Shown here piece after piece: positions 19,969 through 30,923 of a DNA stretch of 64,000 nt (positions are counted from its first letter, which is position 1; each line of letters opens with the position of its first letter). The DNA comes from Spirochaetia bacterium (GTDB taxonomy: Bacteria > Spirochaetota > Spirochaetia > CADAEX01): the NCBI GenBank assembly GCA_963662795.1, contig OY759746.1, positions 1,920,001 to 1,984,000 of the forward strand, given 5' to 3'. The notes beneath the pieces are model-generated. The model saw nothing but the letters and a program-made list of their open reading frames with translations, was not told the origin of the DNA and did not search any database. Made by a program: the position numbers and the translations under genes.

Positions 19969-20316
19969 ATGAAAGAGATTAAAGAAAATGCTGGTTTAGT
20001 TGCATATTGTGGTCTTTATTGTGGTGCATGTAAAGCATATTTAAAAGAAAAATGCAGTGCATGTTTAAATAATGAAAAAGCGACATGGTGTGAGATAAGG
20101 CTTTGTTGTAAAAATAAAAATATAAACAATTGTGCAGAATGTAAAGAATACTCTGATCCGAAAAATTGTAAAAAATTTAATAATATTATGTCAAAAGTGT
20201 TTGCATTACTATTTAAATCTGATCGAGCCGCTTGTATCGCGCAAATAAAAGAAATTGGGATTAGTGAGCATGCAAAGAAAATGACAGAGTTAAAACAGCA
20301 TACAATAAAAAGGTAG
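19969..20316 (+). CDS. DUF3795 Cys-rich protein
   Basis: YCGLYCGAC...C..C...CEIRLCC...CAEC. Confidence 0.8.
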   Translation: MKEIKENAGLVAYCGLYCGACKAYLKEKCSACLNNEKATWCEIRLCCKNKNINNCAECKEYSDPKNCKKFNNIMSKVFALLFKSDRAACIAQIKEIGISEHAKKMTELKQHTIKR

Positions 20317-20331
20317 AATAAAAAAGAAGAA

Positions 20332-20605
20332 GTCCAGCCTTGGCTTCCAGCCGTGCGGCCTGGACAAGAAGTGGGGGCACTGGTGGATAACAGAGGATAA
20401 TGCGCTTCGCTCCCTTTGGTCGCTTGGGCTTCGCCACACATCGTAGGTTTTGAAATGCAACATCAATAAACATCAGGTTTTAAAAGAAATAAATTACACC
20501 TTTATGTTATTCATTCTTGGGTTACGATGCGTCGCTTATCCTCGGGACGTTATTTGCAATACCTTCGCGAAGAGAAAATCGCCCGGGCCCCTGGCCGACG
20601 GGCGA
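20332..20605 (+). repeat. Composite repeat R13 (D|E)
   Basis: TAAC 20388-20391, GTT 20549. Confidence 0.9.
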
Positions 20606-20776
20606 GGATGTGCAGGATAATAATGGTATATGTTGAATAGATACTTTAGGTGTGTGAAAACAGGTATTATCTAAATAAATACATAAAAGGCTTCTGATAG
20701 TTTAATGTGTTACCTGTTGATATAAACCAAAAAATGAACTATATTTAATAATATAATGGTTCATTTGGAGGTTTAT

Positions 20777-21031
20777 ATGAAATCTATTACCATACATGGA
20801 ATTGATAATGAACTAGATAAGAAAATTGCAGAAAAGTCTGTAGAATTTGGGTTAAGCCAGAACCGAACAGTTAAGCATATCCTGAAAAGTTCATTATTTA
20901 CTGATAAAAAAGTTTCTAAAAAGGATTCCTTTGCTGAGTTATTTGGTAAATGGTCAACAAAAGAGAAAGAAGAATTTGATAAAAAAATCAGTGATTTTGA
21001 AGTAATAAATGAAATGGACTGGAAAAAATGA
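20777..21031 (+). CDS. RHH-type antitoxin (VapB/FitA-like)
   Basis: MKSITIHGID; GGAGG RBS; overlaps PIN gene. Confidence 0.75.
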   Translation: MKSITIHGIDNELDKKIAEKSVEFGLSQNRTVKHILKSSLFTDKKVSKKDSFAELFGKWSTKEKEEFDKKISDFEVINEMDWKK

Positions 21032-21426
21032 CCAAGATATTACTTGATACAAATGCTTATAGTGAGTTTATGTCCGGAAACAAGTTGGTATTTGAATATA
21101 TTATAGAAGCAGAAATAATCTATGTATCAACCATAATGATCGGAGAACTGTTTGCAGGTTTTCAGGGCGGGAGAAAATATACAGAAAATAAAGAAGATTT
21201 TAAGAAATTCATCAGCAAAGATGGAATAAAAATATTGAATGTTACAATTGAAACATCAGAAATATTTGGAGAAATCAAGGCGGAACTAAGTAAAAAAGGA
21301 AAAATGATACCATTAAATGATATTTGGATTGCTGCTCATACAATAGAAACAGGTTCAAAATTAATCACATATGATTCACACTTTAAACAGATAAATGCTT
21401 TAAGAATTTGGGAAGAATATAAATAG
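21028..21426 (+). CDS. vapC: VapC PIN toxin
   Basis: LLDTNA...E...NDIWIAA...LITYDSHF. Confidence 0.9.
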   Translation: MTKILLDTNAYSEFMSGNKLVFEYIIEAEIIYVSTIMIGELFAGFQGGRKYTENKEDFKKFISKDGIKILNVTIETSEIFGEIKAELSKKGKMIPLNDIWIAAHTIETGSKLITYDSHFKQINALRIWEEYK

Positions 21427-21505
21427 GGAAATTGTCCAATTACTGCTTCAATAGAGTCAACACTTTGCTTTTTATAGGTTAAGAAAGTATTAAAAAGAAA
21501 AGGAA

Positions 21506-21780
21506 GTCCAGACCTTGGCTCCGCCCTAACGGCCTGGACAAGACGCGAAGGTACTGCAAATAACAGAGGATAATTCGCTACGCTCGGAGTACCTCGCTTG
21601 GCCTTCGGCATATTTTGCTATCATTAAAACAGTTCATATTATGTTTTTACTCTATTTAAATATATTTCTTAAAAACTATCCTGTTGAAAAAGGTTTTAGC
21701 AAAACATCGCTTATCCTCAGGACGTTATTTGCAATACCTTCGCGAAGAGAAAATCGCCCGGGCCCCTGGCCGACGAGCGA
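21506..21780 (+). repeat. Composite repeat R14 (E|E)
   Basis: TAAC 21561-21564, GTT 21724. Confidence 0.9.
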
Positions 21781-21805
21781 GGAATACAGTGTAAAGGATT
21801 AGAGA

Positions 21806-22309
21806 ATGTTTGAAATCAGGAAGCTTAATAAAGAAAAAGATCTTAATGATTTACTGTATGTAATTCAGGAATCATTTCTAACTGTCGCTGAAGATTTTAA
21901 TCTGACAAAAGAAAATGCTCCAACAAATCCGGCATTTATAACAATGGATAAATTAAAGGAATCAATTGAAAATAAACTTGATTTTTATGTTGCAACTGAA
22001 AGTAATAAAATAATAGGCTGTATAGGAGTGCAGCCAGGAAAAAAAGAAAAAGAATATTATATTGAGAGATTAGCAGTACTTCCTGAATATAGACACTCTG
22101 GTTATGGTAAAAAACTGCTGGATAAAGCATTTGATGAGATAAGAGAAAGAAAAGCAAGATATGTAAGTATAGGTATAATAAATGAAAATAAAGTTTTAAA
22201 AAGATGGTATCTTCAAAATGGATTCATAGATTACGAAACGAAAAAATATGATCATCTACCTTTTACAGTGTGTTTGATGGGTATGGATTTAGAAAAAAAA
22301 GAAATATAA
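21806..22309 (+). CDS. GNAT acetyltransferase
   Basis: RLAVLPEYRHSGYGKKLL. Confidence 0.9.
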   Translation: MFEIRKLNKEKDLNDLLYVIQESFLTVAEDFNLTKENAPTNPAFITMDKLKESIENKLDFYVATESNKIIGCIGVQPGKKEKEYYIERLAVLPEYRHSGYGKKLLDKAFDEIRERKARYVSIGIINENKVLKRWYLQNGFIDYETKKYDHLPFTVCLMGMDLEKKEI

Positions 22310-22699
22310 ATGAAAATTGCAGAAAAACTAAAAGAAAAATCTAAAAAAATAAAAACCCAGCTTTTAACAGTTTATTATGCATATAAGAATCCAGAAATAA
22401 AGCTTCTGCCGAAAATTATTATTGGGATTGCGATAGCTTATGCATTAAGTCCAATAGATATAATTCCAGATTTTATTCCTGTAATAGGGTATTTAGATGA
22501 TTTAATAATAATTCCTGCATTACTTAGTATAGCAATAAAAATGATTCCAAAAGAAATAATGGAAGAATCAAGGGAAAGAGCAGAGAATGAATCAATAAAA
22601 CTAAAACATAATTGGGCGTTTGCAGTAATATTTATTTTAATATGGATTTATTTGATAGTAATAATTACTAAAATATTGTTAAAATTTATAAATCGTTAA
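22310..22699 (+). CDS. YkvA/DUF1232 membrane protein
   Basis: YALSPIDIIPDFIPVIGYLDD. Confidence 0.9.
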   Translation: MKIAEKLKEKSKKIKTQLLTVYYAYKNPEIKLLPKIIIGIAIAYALSPIDIIPDFIPVIGYLDDLIIIPALLSIAIKMIPKEIMEESRERAENESIKLKHNWAFAVIFILIWIYLIVIITKILLKFINR

Positions 22700-22715
22700 T
22701 AGGAAAGGATAAGAA

Positions 22716-23008
22716 GTCCAGACCTTGCCTCCGGCCTATCGGTCAGGACAAGACGCGAAGGTACTGCAAATAACAGCGATTATTTCGCTGCGCTCCCTGT
22801 GGTCGCTTGGGCTCCTGCCAGTTGAGCTGGCAGATCGCCATATTTTGTTTTCATAAAACCGGAACAACATGTGTTTTATACTCTTCAAGTTTGTAAAAAC
22901 TAAATAAAAGTATTTTAGAGTTTAGCCACAAAACATCGAATAATCGCGAGACGTTCTCCGAAATACCGCCCCAAGAGGACACCGCCCGGACCTCCGGCCA
23001 ACGGGCGA
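22716..23008 (+). repeat. Composite repeat R15 (E|C)
   Basis: TAAC 22771-22774, GTT 22953. Confidence 0.9.
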
Positions 23009-23129
23009 AGATAGAGCGAGTTAATAATTATTAAAATAGAAAATATATCAAAAAAAGAATAATAAAAAGCACGCTAAAAAGCTTGATAAATAATGCTAAG
23101 AATAGTATTAATTAACATAGGGTAGGAAT

Positions 23130-23387
23130 ATGAAGAATATTATAACTGCAAATGATCTAAAAGTAAGAGGAATCTCAATAATAGATGAAGTAAGCACTTC
23201 GAACCAGGAAGTTGTAATTACTGTTCATGGAAAAGATAAGTATGTAGTTTTGCCAATAGAGGAATACAATCAATTAAGAGAATATGAGCTTGATGCGGCA
23301 ATAAAAGAATCTCTGGAAGATATTAAAAACGGGAGAATTATTGAAGAGTCAATTGAAAAACATCTTAAGAGAATAAAAAGTGTATAA
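23130..23387 (+). CDS. Phd/YefM antitoxin
   Basis: ITANDLK...VVITVHGKDKYVVL. Confidence 0.85.
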   Translation: MKNIITANDLKVRGISIIDEVSTSNQEVVITVHGKDKYVVLPIEEYNQLREYELDAAIKESLEDIKNGRIIEESIEKHLKRIKSV

Positions 23388-23652
23388 AATTATCTATACA
23401 GAAAGCTATATAAAAAGGGCAAAAAAATTTGCTCAGAAGCATCCTGAGTTATTAAACCAGTATAAAAAAACACTTCAATTACTTGAGTTAAATCCTTCTC
23501 ACCCGTCATTAAGGCTCCATAAACTTGAAGGGAGAATTTCTGATTATTATAGTGTATCAATTAATATGACTTATAGAATAACAATAGATTTTTTGATAAA
23601 GGAAAAAGAAATAATCCCAATAACCGTGGGAAAGCACGAAGAAGTCTATTGA
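23380..23652 (+). CDS. RelE/YafQ-superfamily toxin
   Basis: HPSLRLHKLEG...SINMTYRI...GKHEEVY. Confidence 0.85.
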   Translation: MYKIIYTESYIKRAKKFAQKHPELLNQYKKTLQLLELNPSHPSLRLHKLEGRISDYYSVSINMTYRITIDFLIKEKEIIPITVGKHEEVY

Positions 23653-23689
23653 TAAAATGCTTTTTCAATATTTTTGAATATAAGGTAAA

Positions 23690-24250
23690 ATGAAAATACA
23701 TATTTTAGGCTCATCAGGATCTGGAACAACAACTCTCGGGAAACTAATAGCAGTAAAATATGGATTTCCGTGGTATGACTCAGATAATTTCTTTTGGGAG
23801 AAAACAGATCCGCCATTTACCAAAAAACGAATAAGAGAAGAGCGTATACAATTATTAAAAAAAGAACTTAATACGACTGATGCCTGGGTATTGAGTGGTT
23901 CAGTTATTGGCTGGGGAGATTTTATAAAAAATAAATTGGATTTAGCTATCTATTTATATGCTGAGTCAGCGGTGAGAATCAAGCGGTTGATAGAGCGGGA
24001 AAGAAGTATTTATGGAAATAGAATTGACCCCGGAAATGATATGTTTGAAATACATATTTCCTTTTTAGAATGGGCAAAAAATTACGAGACTGGCAATATG
24101 AATATGAGAAGCAGAATAAGTGAAAATGACTGGATGAAAGATTTGAGTTGTAAAATTATCAGAATAGAAGATGTAATGCCATTAAAAAGAGTAATTGAAA
24201 TTGTATCAAAAGAAATTGATTTATCATTATTAAAAAATACTGGTTTGTAA
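23690..24250 (+). CDS. P-loop nucleoside-kinase-like protein
   Basis: GSSGSGTTTL, DSDNFFW. Confidence 0.8.
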   Translation: MKIHILGSSGSGTTTLGKLIAVKYGFPWYDSDNFFWEKTDPPFTKKRIREERIQLLKKELNTTDAWVLSGSVIGWGDFIKNKLDLAIYLYAESAVRIKRLIERERSIYGNRIDPGNDMFEIHISFLEWAKNYETGNMNMRSRISENDWMKDLSCKIIRIEDVMPLKRVIEIVSKEIDLSLLKNTGL

Positions 24251-24299
24251 TAATTTATCTTAGGAATAATTTAACGGAAGATAAATATTACATAAAGAA

Positions 24300-24569
24300 T
24301 CCAAGCCTTGGCGTTGCCGTGCGGCTTGGAAGAAGGGGCGGTACTTCCGAGAACAGCGGGTAAGAAGCTGCGCTCGGAGTACCTCGCTTGGGCTTCGCCA
24401 TATTTTGCTATCATGAAACCAAAACAATTATCATTATATCTTTTCAAGTGTGATAAGAGCTGTCAAAGTATTTGAAAAAGTTTTAGCCGCAAAACATCTT
24501 TTACCCGCGAAACGTTCTCCGAAATACCGCCCCAAGATGCGATCGCCCGGACCTCCGGCCCACGGGCGA
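24300..24569 (+). repeat. Composite repeat R16 (C|C)
   Basis: GAAC 24351-24354, GTT 24514. Confidence 0.9.
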
Positions 24570-24631
24570 GGATAAGTTAAGAAAATAATACAACAAATGA
24601 GTGTGAAAATTGTTAAATGATTATTAAATAG

Positions 24632-24668
24632 TTGACAACTTGACAATTAAAATAATTACAAATATAAT
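24632..24668 (+). promoter_or_regulatory. Consensus sigma70 promoter with tandem TTGACAA (possible operator) for TA pair
   Basis: TTGACA 24640-24645, 17 bp, TATAAT 24663-24668; extra TTGACA at 24632. Confidence 0.75.
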
Positions 24669-24674
24669 TAATAT

Positions 24675-24914
24675 ATGAAAACAATGCAAATAGGAGATTT
24701 TAAAGCTCAATTCTCAAAGGTTCTCGAAGAAGTAAAACACGGAGAGGAAATAATAATATCTTATGGTAAACAGAAGAAAAATGTTGCAGTAATAATTCCA
24801 TATGAAGAATACAAAGAAAAAAATAGAATTAAATTGGGCTTGTTGAAAGATAAGGCAAGTTATAAATTTAATAATGATTATGAAATGACTGAAGAGGAGC
24901 TTGTAAGTCTTTGA
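24675..24914 (+). CDS. Phd/YefM antitoxin
   Basis: IGDFKAQFSKVLEEVKHGEEIII. Confidence 0.85.
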   Translation: MKTMQIGDFKAQFSKVLEEVKHGEEIIISYGKQKKNVAVIIPYEEYKEKNRIKLGLLKDKASYKFNNDYEMTEEELVSL

Positions 24915-25309
24915 AATATCTCCTTGATACACATTATTTAATCTGGAGCATAATTGACCCGGATAAAATAGATAAAAAGAGGAAAAAGATATTATTGGAT
25001 GTGAATACAGAGAAATATATAAGTCAGATAAGCTTTTGGGAAATATCAATCAAATATTCACTTGGTAAGTTAGAATTAAATGGAATTACGCCTGAAGAGT
25101 TACTTGAAGCAGCAATTGAATCAGGATTTCAAATATTGGAATTGGAAACAAAAGTACTTGCAACATCGTATAAACTACCGAAGAAAGACAAGCACAAAGA
25201 TCCTTTTGACCGATTAATGATTTGGGAATGTATCTGCAATGATTATATTTTATTAACAGCAGATGAAAAAGTAAAAGAATATAAAGAAAACGGTTTGAAA
25301 ATAGTATAG
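24911..25309 (+). CDS. vapC: VapC PIN toxin
   Basis: LLDTH...SFWEISIK...HKDPFDR...LTAD. Confidence 0.9.
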   Translation: MKYLLDTHYLIWSIIDPDKIDKKRKKILLDVNTEKYISQISFWEISIKYSLGKLELNGITPEELLEAAIESGFQILELETKVLATSYKLPKKDKHKDPFDRLMIWECICNDYILLTADEKVKEYKENGLKIV

Positions 25310-25350
25310 ATAAAATACAATCTACAAATAAATAAATGAAAATAAGAAAG

Positions 25351-25619
25351 CCCCAAGCCTTGGCGGTGCCGTGCGGCTTGGGAGAAGGGGCGGTACTTCC
25401 GAGAACAGAGGATAATGCGCTTCGCTCCCTTTGGTCGCTTGGGCTTCGCCACACATCGTAGGTTTTGAACTACAACTTCTATAAACAACAAGTTTTGGAA
25501 GAAATATATTGCAACTTTGAAATATTCATTCTTGGACTACGATGCGTCGCTTATCCTCGGGACGTTATCCACAATGCCCCCACAAGATGCGATCGCCCGG
25601 ACCTCCGGCCGACGGGCGA
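25351..25619 (+). repeat. Composite repeat R17 (C|D)
   Basis: GAAC 25403-25406, GTT 25564. Confidence 0.9.
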
Positions 25620-25734
25620 GGAAATATGCATAATCAAATATTAGAGATAAATCATTTTTAACTGTACTCAATAGGAATAAATATTTAAAATAATTATTAA
25701 AATACTTAAATATTATAGAAAGAGAGATTGATTA

Positions 25735-26484
25735 ATGACTTTTAAACAGAAAGATTTTTTAAAAACCTATGAAATATCTAGTAAAGTAATTGAATTAATA
25801 AATTCAAGTGAAAGTAATATTTATATTATTACTCCTTATTTGAAACCGTGGATTCAACTTGAAAGAACTCTTGAAATAGCTGCTAATAAGAAAAAAAAAG
25901 TAACCTTTATTTTAAGATCTGGTGAAGAAAAAAAAGACTTTGTTAAAAAATTGTATCAAAATTATGGTTTTGAAGTTTATATATATGAATATTTACATTT
26001 AAAATTATATACTGCAGATAATAAAGCAATTTTCTCATCTATGAATCTTTATGATAGTTCAAATGAAAAAAATATAGAAATGGGGTTAATAATTAATTTT
26101 TCACCAAAAGATTATATAACTTTTAAAAAAGAATATATTTATGAAAACATTTTTATGAGCAATCCACAATTTTACTTTAAAGGAAATTTTGAAAATGAGT
26201 ATTTTAAATATCAAAACAATGAAAAACAAGCGTTAAATGAATTTGGTAAAATTGGATATTGTATAGTTTGTGGTAAGAAAATTGATCATCTCAAAAATTC
26301 AAATAAATATGAACCTTACTATACCAGATGTGAAGAGTGTTATTTCAAAAATCCAAATCTAAATAATTATTATGATAAAAAAGTAAATTATTGTTATATT
26401 TGTGGAGAAAAAGGTAATTATATAATTGGGAAGCCATTTCATGAAAACTGTATTAAAACATTGAAAAGTTTAAGACCTTATTAA
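25735..26484 (+). CDS. Phospholipase D-like (HKD) nuclease with C-terminal Zn ribbons
   Basis: HLKLYTAD...SSMN...NIEMG; CxxC pairs. Confidence 0.8.
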   Translation: MTFKQKDFLKTYEISSKVIELINSSESNIYIITPYLKPWIQLERTLEIAANKKKKVTFILRSGEEKKDFVKKLYQNYGFEVYIYEYLHLKLYTADNKAIFSSMNLYDSSNEKNIEMGLIINFSPKDYITFKKEYIYENIFMSNPQFYFKGNFENEYFKYQNNEKQALNEFGKIGYCIVCGKKIDHLKNSNKYEPYYTRCEECYFKNPNLNNYYDKKVNYCYICGEKGNYIIGKPFHENCIKTLKSLRPY

Positions 26485-26541
26485 ATCTATTCATAATAAA
26501 TATAGGTGTACAGGTAGAGTAATTACCTGACAACGCAAGTA

Positions 26542-26816
26542 GTCCGGCCTTGGCTTCCAGCCGTACGGCCTGGACAAGAAGTGGGGGCACTGGTGGATAA
26601 CAGCGGTTAAAGCGCTACGCTCGGAGTACCTCGCTTGGCCTACGGCAAACATCGTAGGATTTTATCTACAGCTATTGGGAACATCAAGTTTTAAAAGAAA
26701 GAAATATTTAGATTTTTATTTATTATTCTTGGTCTACGATGCTTCGCTTAACCGCGGGACGTTATCCACAATGCCCCCACGAGATACAATCGCCCGGACC
26801 TCCGGCCGACGGGCGA
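26542..26816 (+). repeat. Composite repeat R18 (D|D)
   Basis: TAAC 26598-26601, GTT 26761. Confidence 0.9.
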
Positions 26817-26859
26817 AGAGAATTGAATACCAATTGCACTACTAAACAAAGGTAAATAT

Positions 26860-27761
26860 ATGAATGGATTAAATGGAAAAATATTTTATTCAAACACTTA
26901 GAGGACAATTCTTTTCCTGCTGTAAAAGAATTATATCATTATACAACAATTGAAAATTTCTGCAAAATTATTGAAAGTAAATCATTTTATGTTTTTAATT
27001 CTTATCATATGAATGATTATAAAGAAAACTATGTATTGATCGAAAAACTTAAGGAATATTTAAAAAATAGAAATGATATTCCAGAGGATTATCTGAATAA
27101 ACTTGATGAAACCATAAGGATAAAGTTTAGATTAAATACACCATATGTGTTTTGCTTAACTGAGTTAAATGATTCTTTATCACAATGGAGAGCTTATGGA
27201 AATGATGGTGAAGGAATTTGTTTTAAAATAGACAGTAAAAAGTTGGAAATGAAATATCGTTTGCCTTTTTCAGGCGTAGAAAAAGATAATAATTTATCAT
27301 TACACAATGTAATTTATAGTAATGAAGAGATTATAAATATCATTGAGGATATTCTCAATGAAAGTATTGAATTTTCAAAAACACGAGATGAAAATATTAA
27401 AAATATAGTCTTTGCTGAAAACGCATGTGCTTTAATGGTTAGATTTAGCCCAGTAGTAAAATTAAATGAATTTAGAGAAGAGAAAGAATGGAGAATTATT
27501 TACAATCCAGTTTGTATAAAAACCGACAGTATTCCATTTAATACTTTAGATAATAATAAAGACATTGGATTTGTTACAACAAATAACAATTTGAGATCTT
27601 ATTTTAAAATATCATTTACAAGTGATGAGTTTAAAGATATTATTTCTGCTATTTATATTGGTCCTAAAAGTAGAGTACACTATTATGAAATGCGAATATT
27701 ATTAGATATTAATGCATTAAAAAATACAGAAATATATCATTCAAAAATACCATATAGATAA
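26860..27761 (+). CDS. DUF2971 family protein, 5' end apparently frameshifted
   Basis: In-frame LYHYT at 26931 upstream of MND; SLSQWRAY and EEKEWR motifs; upstream ATGs at 26860 and 26873 are out of frame. Confidence 0.7.
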
Positions 27762-27801
27762 TTATTTGTATAGGTAGAATAATTACCTGCCAGTTAAAAA
27801 A

Positions 27802-28054
27802 GTCCGGCCTTGGCTCCGCCGTGCGGCCTGGACAAGAAGTGGGGGCACTGGTGGATAACAGCGGTTAAAGCGCTTCGCTCGGATTACCTCGCTTGACCTT
27901 CGGTATAAAGGCGCAAAAAAAAATTGATAAGTTCTATGAAAGTAATTAAAACTTGTTGGTTTAAAATAAAAAACGCCTTCATCGCTTAACCGCGGGACGT
28001 TATAAGCAATGTTCCCGCAAGAGAAAACCGCCCGGACCTCCGGCCGACGGGCGA
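27802..28054 (+). repeat. Composite repeat R19 (D|B)
   Basis: TAAC 27856-27859, GTT 27999. Confidence 0.9.
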
Positions 28055-28105
28055 GGATATGCAGTATAATAATATAGACCCTACAGATGTGGAGAGATAT
28101 AGTAA

Positions 28106-28663
28106 TTGGTAAGAGTATTTATTGATAATAATGTTTGGGATATTTTTTATCAGTATTCTTTAGATTTAAATAGTGAGTTACCAATAAATGAATTTGATAT
28201 TATAATAACAAAAGAAGCGGAATTTGAAATTAAAGGAATGCCTGATAAGAAAAAGAAATATGCTGAATATCAAATAAAAAATCGTAATATAAGAACTGAT
28301 AAATTATTTGGATTTTTTAATGAGAATTATTTACTAAGTGAGCAACGAGTTGGTGGATATAGTACTTATGATAACAAGGTTGTTGGAGGAAGATTTATAA
28401 AAGATGATGAGTTTAAAATTATAAAAGAAGAAAGAAACGCATTAGGAAGTAAAAAGAAAAAAACGGGGCTTTATAATAATGAAGCAGATATAGCAATAGC
28501 TGCAAGATCATTAAATTCTATAGTATTGACTTGTGATAATAGAAAAGTACTTAAAAGAGCAAAAAATCGAAAAGGTTCAATGGTAATAGATTTAAGTGGA
28601 TTTAATAATACAATAACAATAAGGCAAATAATTTCTGAATTTATGAAAAAATATTTTAACTAA
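28106..28663 (+). CDS. PIN-like domain protein
   Basis: VFIDNNV...E...ADIAIAA...LTCD acidic pattern. Confidence 0.55.
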   Translation: MVRVFIDNNVWDIFYQYSLDLNSELPINEFDIIITKEAEFEIKGMPDKKKKYAEYQIKNRNIRTDKLFGFFNENYLLSEQRVGGYSTYDNKVVGGRFIKDDEFKIIKEERNALGSKKKKTGLYNNEADIAIAARSLNSIVLTCDNRKVLKRAKNRKGSMVIDLSGFNNTITIRQIISEFMKKYFN

Positions 28664-28779
28664 AAACTATATCAACCTGACATTCTCTTTGACATGATTT
28701 GTGCTGTTGCTACACTCGTGACATACAAATCCTGCAAAGCCTTGCAGGCTAGGAAATGCAGGTTATCTAAATGTTAAAA
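28658..28779 (+). repeat. Degenerate canonical attC (second family) nested in cassette
   Basis: TAAA(<TAAC)..CAACCTG...CAGGTTA..AATGTTA; similar to 35203-35330. Confidence 0.7.
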
Positions 28780-28824
28780 TTGTAAATTACAAATAATTAA
28801 ATAATTGTTTGAAAATGAAAGGAA

Positions 28825-29097
28825 GTCCGGCCTTGGCTCCGCCGTACGGCCTGGACAAGAAGCGGGAACACTGCTTATAACAGCGGTTCAAGCGCTTCGC
28901 TCGGAGTACCTCGCTTGGCCTACGGCAAACATCGTAGGATTTAAACAATAACTTTTTGAAACAACAAGTTTTTAAAAGACAATGAATAAAAGTATTGTGT
29001 TTACAATTCTTGATCTACGATGCTTCGCTTAACCGCGGGACGTTATAAGCAATGTTCCCGCAAGAGGAAATCGCCCGGACCTCCGGCCGACGGGCGA
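28825..29097 (+). repeat. Composite repeat R20 (B|B)
   Basis: TAAC 28878-28881, GTT 29042. Confidence 0.9.
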
Positions 29098-29198
29098 GAG
29101 ATTTAATACAATAAATGATTTTCTCTATTGCCAAAATATGATATAAATAAAAGTTCTGAAAGCTTAAATATTGTGCCATTAAATGCTAAAGGATTTCA

Positions 29199-29828
29199 AT
29201 GAATTATCAGCCTAATAATATTCAGTTTAATTATAATGGAACGGAAGAATTATTATTATCAGATTATAATGAGAATACAAAATATTCGGGCATAGATTTT
29301 GCCGAACAAAATAATTCAAATATTGCTTTTGAAAATTGTAATTTTAAATCTTGTAGATTTGATAGTTTAATGTTAGAAAATATAAAATATTCATCATGCC
29401 TATTTGAAAAATGTGAAATTATTTTAACTAAATTCAAAAATAATACCCTAAACGGTGTTAAATTTCTGGATTGTAAAATAATAGGGATTAATTTTACGGA
29501 ATGTAATGATTTTGGATTATCGCTTGATTTTGAAGGATCAATTCTTGACAGTGTTGTAATATTTGGAAAAGCATTAAAAAAAACAAATATTATTAAATGC
29601 AAAATAAAGAATTCATATTTTACTGACACTGATTTTAGAGAATCAAATTTCTCTGAAACTTACTTTGAAAAAGTAATCTTTCATAACTGCAATTTAGAAA
29701 AAAGTGATTTTAGAACAGCTTCAGGTTATGAAATTGATCCAAAAGATAACAAAATAAAAAATAGTAAATATAGACTTCCGGAAGCTCAATCGTTCTTAGG
29801 ATTTTTAGGGATAAAAATAGACTTCTAG
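29199..29828 (+). CDS. Pentapeptide repeat protein
   Basis: Repeated FxxCx/FxxSx units. Confidence 0.9.
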   Translation: MNYQPNNIQFNYNGTEELLLSDYNENTKYSGIDFAEQNNSNIAFENCNFKSCRFDSLMLENIKYSSCLFEKCEIILTKFKNNTLNGVKFLDCKIIGINFTECNDFGLSLDFEGSILDSVVIFGKALKKTNIIKCKIKNSYFTDTDFRESNFSETYFEKVIFHNCNLEKSDFRTASGYEIDPKDNKIKNSKYRLPEAQSFLGFLGIKIDF

Positions 29829-29851
29829 TTGTGGATAAAAAAGGAGGTTGA

Positions 29852-30445
29852 ATGTTAATATGCAATTCATTTTGTCCTGATGTGGATCAAGTAAAACATT
29901 TTCAAAAAAATAAGGTAAATAATGAAAATATCAAAATGATCATAATATCAGAATCAGTACCCAAAAATATAACGGATTATTTTGACGGGAAAGGAGTTCC
30001 TGCATTTATTAAGAATACAAATACTTTATTTAATCAAATCGGATATGATTATAAAACATATGATGACTATTTAAGTAATGGTATTTATTTAACAACGGCA
30101 ATAAAATGTATAAAAAAAGGATATTTAGTATCAATAAAAACAATAGAAGAATGTTCATATATTCTGGAAAAGGAAATAATGTCTTTTATTAATGTAAAAG
30201 TAATAATGCTGATGGGTGATTTTGCTATTAAATCTATAAATTACATATGGAAAAGAAAATATAAGCAAAAAGTATTACCAAACGGTGCGACTTATAAAAT
30301 TAGAAATGAAAAATATATATATAATGGAGTAAGGTTTATACCTTCATATACACAAACAGGAGATAGTTTTGGTATTGAAAAAAGTAAAGTATTAATGATG
30401 AAAGAAGATCTAGAACAAGGAATGAAAATAATTAAAGAAAAATGA
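29852..30445 (+). CDS. Uracil-DNA glycosylase-like protein
   Basis: IIISES.P, YLTTAIKC and VIMLMG motifs. Confidence 0.7.
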   Translation: MLICNSFCPDVDQVKHFQKNKVNNENIKMIIISESVPKNITDYFDGKGVPAFIKNTNTLFNQIGYDYKTYDDYLSNGIYLTTAIKCIKKGYLVSIKTIEECSYILEKEIMSFINVKVIMLMGDFAIKSINYIWKRKYKQKVLPNGATYKIRNEKYIYNGVRFIPSYTQTGDSFGIEKSKVLMMKEDLEQGMKIIKEK

Positions 30446-30492
30446 ACAGGAAATATATATAGGTATAGTGTAATTACCTAACAGTTTAAGAA

Positions 30493-30764
30493 GTCCAGCC
30501 TTGGCTCCGCCGAGCGGCTTGGACAAGAAGCGGGAACACTGCTTATAACAGCGGTTCAAACGCTACGCTCGGAGTACCTCGCTTGGCCTTCGGCATATTT
30601 TATTATCATTCAATCAAAAAAATCTGTGTTTTCTTCTTTTCAAGTGTATTAAACAAACAAAAAAGATTTATAGAGTTTGAGCCATAAAACATCGCTTAAC
30701 CGCGGAACGTTATATGCAATACGACCCCAAGAGGAAATCGCCCGGACCTCCGGCCCGCGGGCGA
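30493..30764 (+). repeat. Composite repeat R21 (B|F)
   Basis: TAAC 30546-30549, GTT 30709. Confidence 0.9.
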
Positions 30765-30794
30765 GAAAAATGATTAGCTTTATGAGACACTCTA

Positions 30795-30837
30795 TATATA
30801 AAATCCATAGATTTTTAGTTATTTAATATGTTAAAAA
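30795..30837 (+). other. Internal attI-like site (copy 1)
   Basis: TAG.TTT.TA.TTATTTAATATG|TTA motif shared with 34201, 44894 and 62448; GTTAAAAA matches TTTTTAAC at 32098. Confidence 0.6.
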
Positions 30838-30923
30838 CACAATAGTTTTAGATATTCATAAAGGGAGTGCTGTTTAGTACTGTATAGTTCAAAATTAACC
30901 CGGAGTGGATGTTCGTGGTGTAA

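Noticed and set aside
29199-29828. Qnr quinolone-resistance call
   Set aside because: Only a generic pentapeptide repeat is evident; Qnr-specific loops cannot be confirmed by eye.
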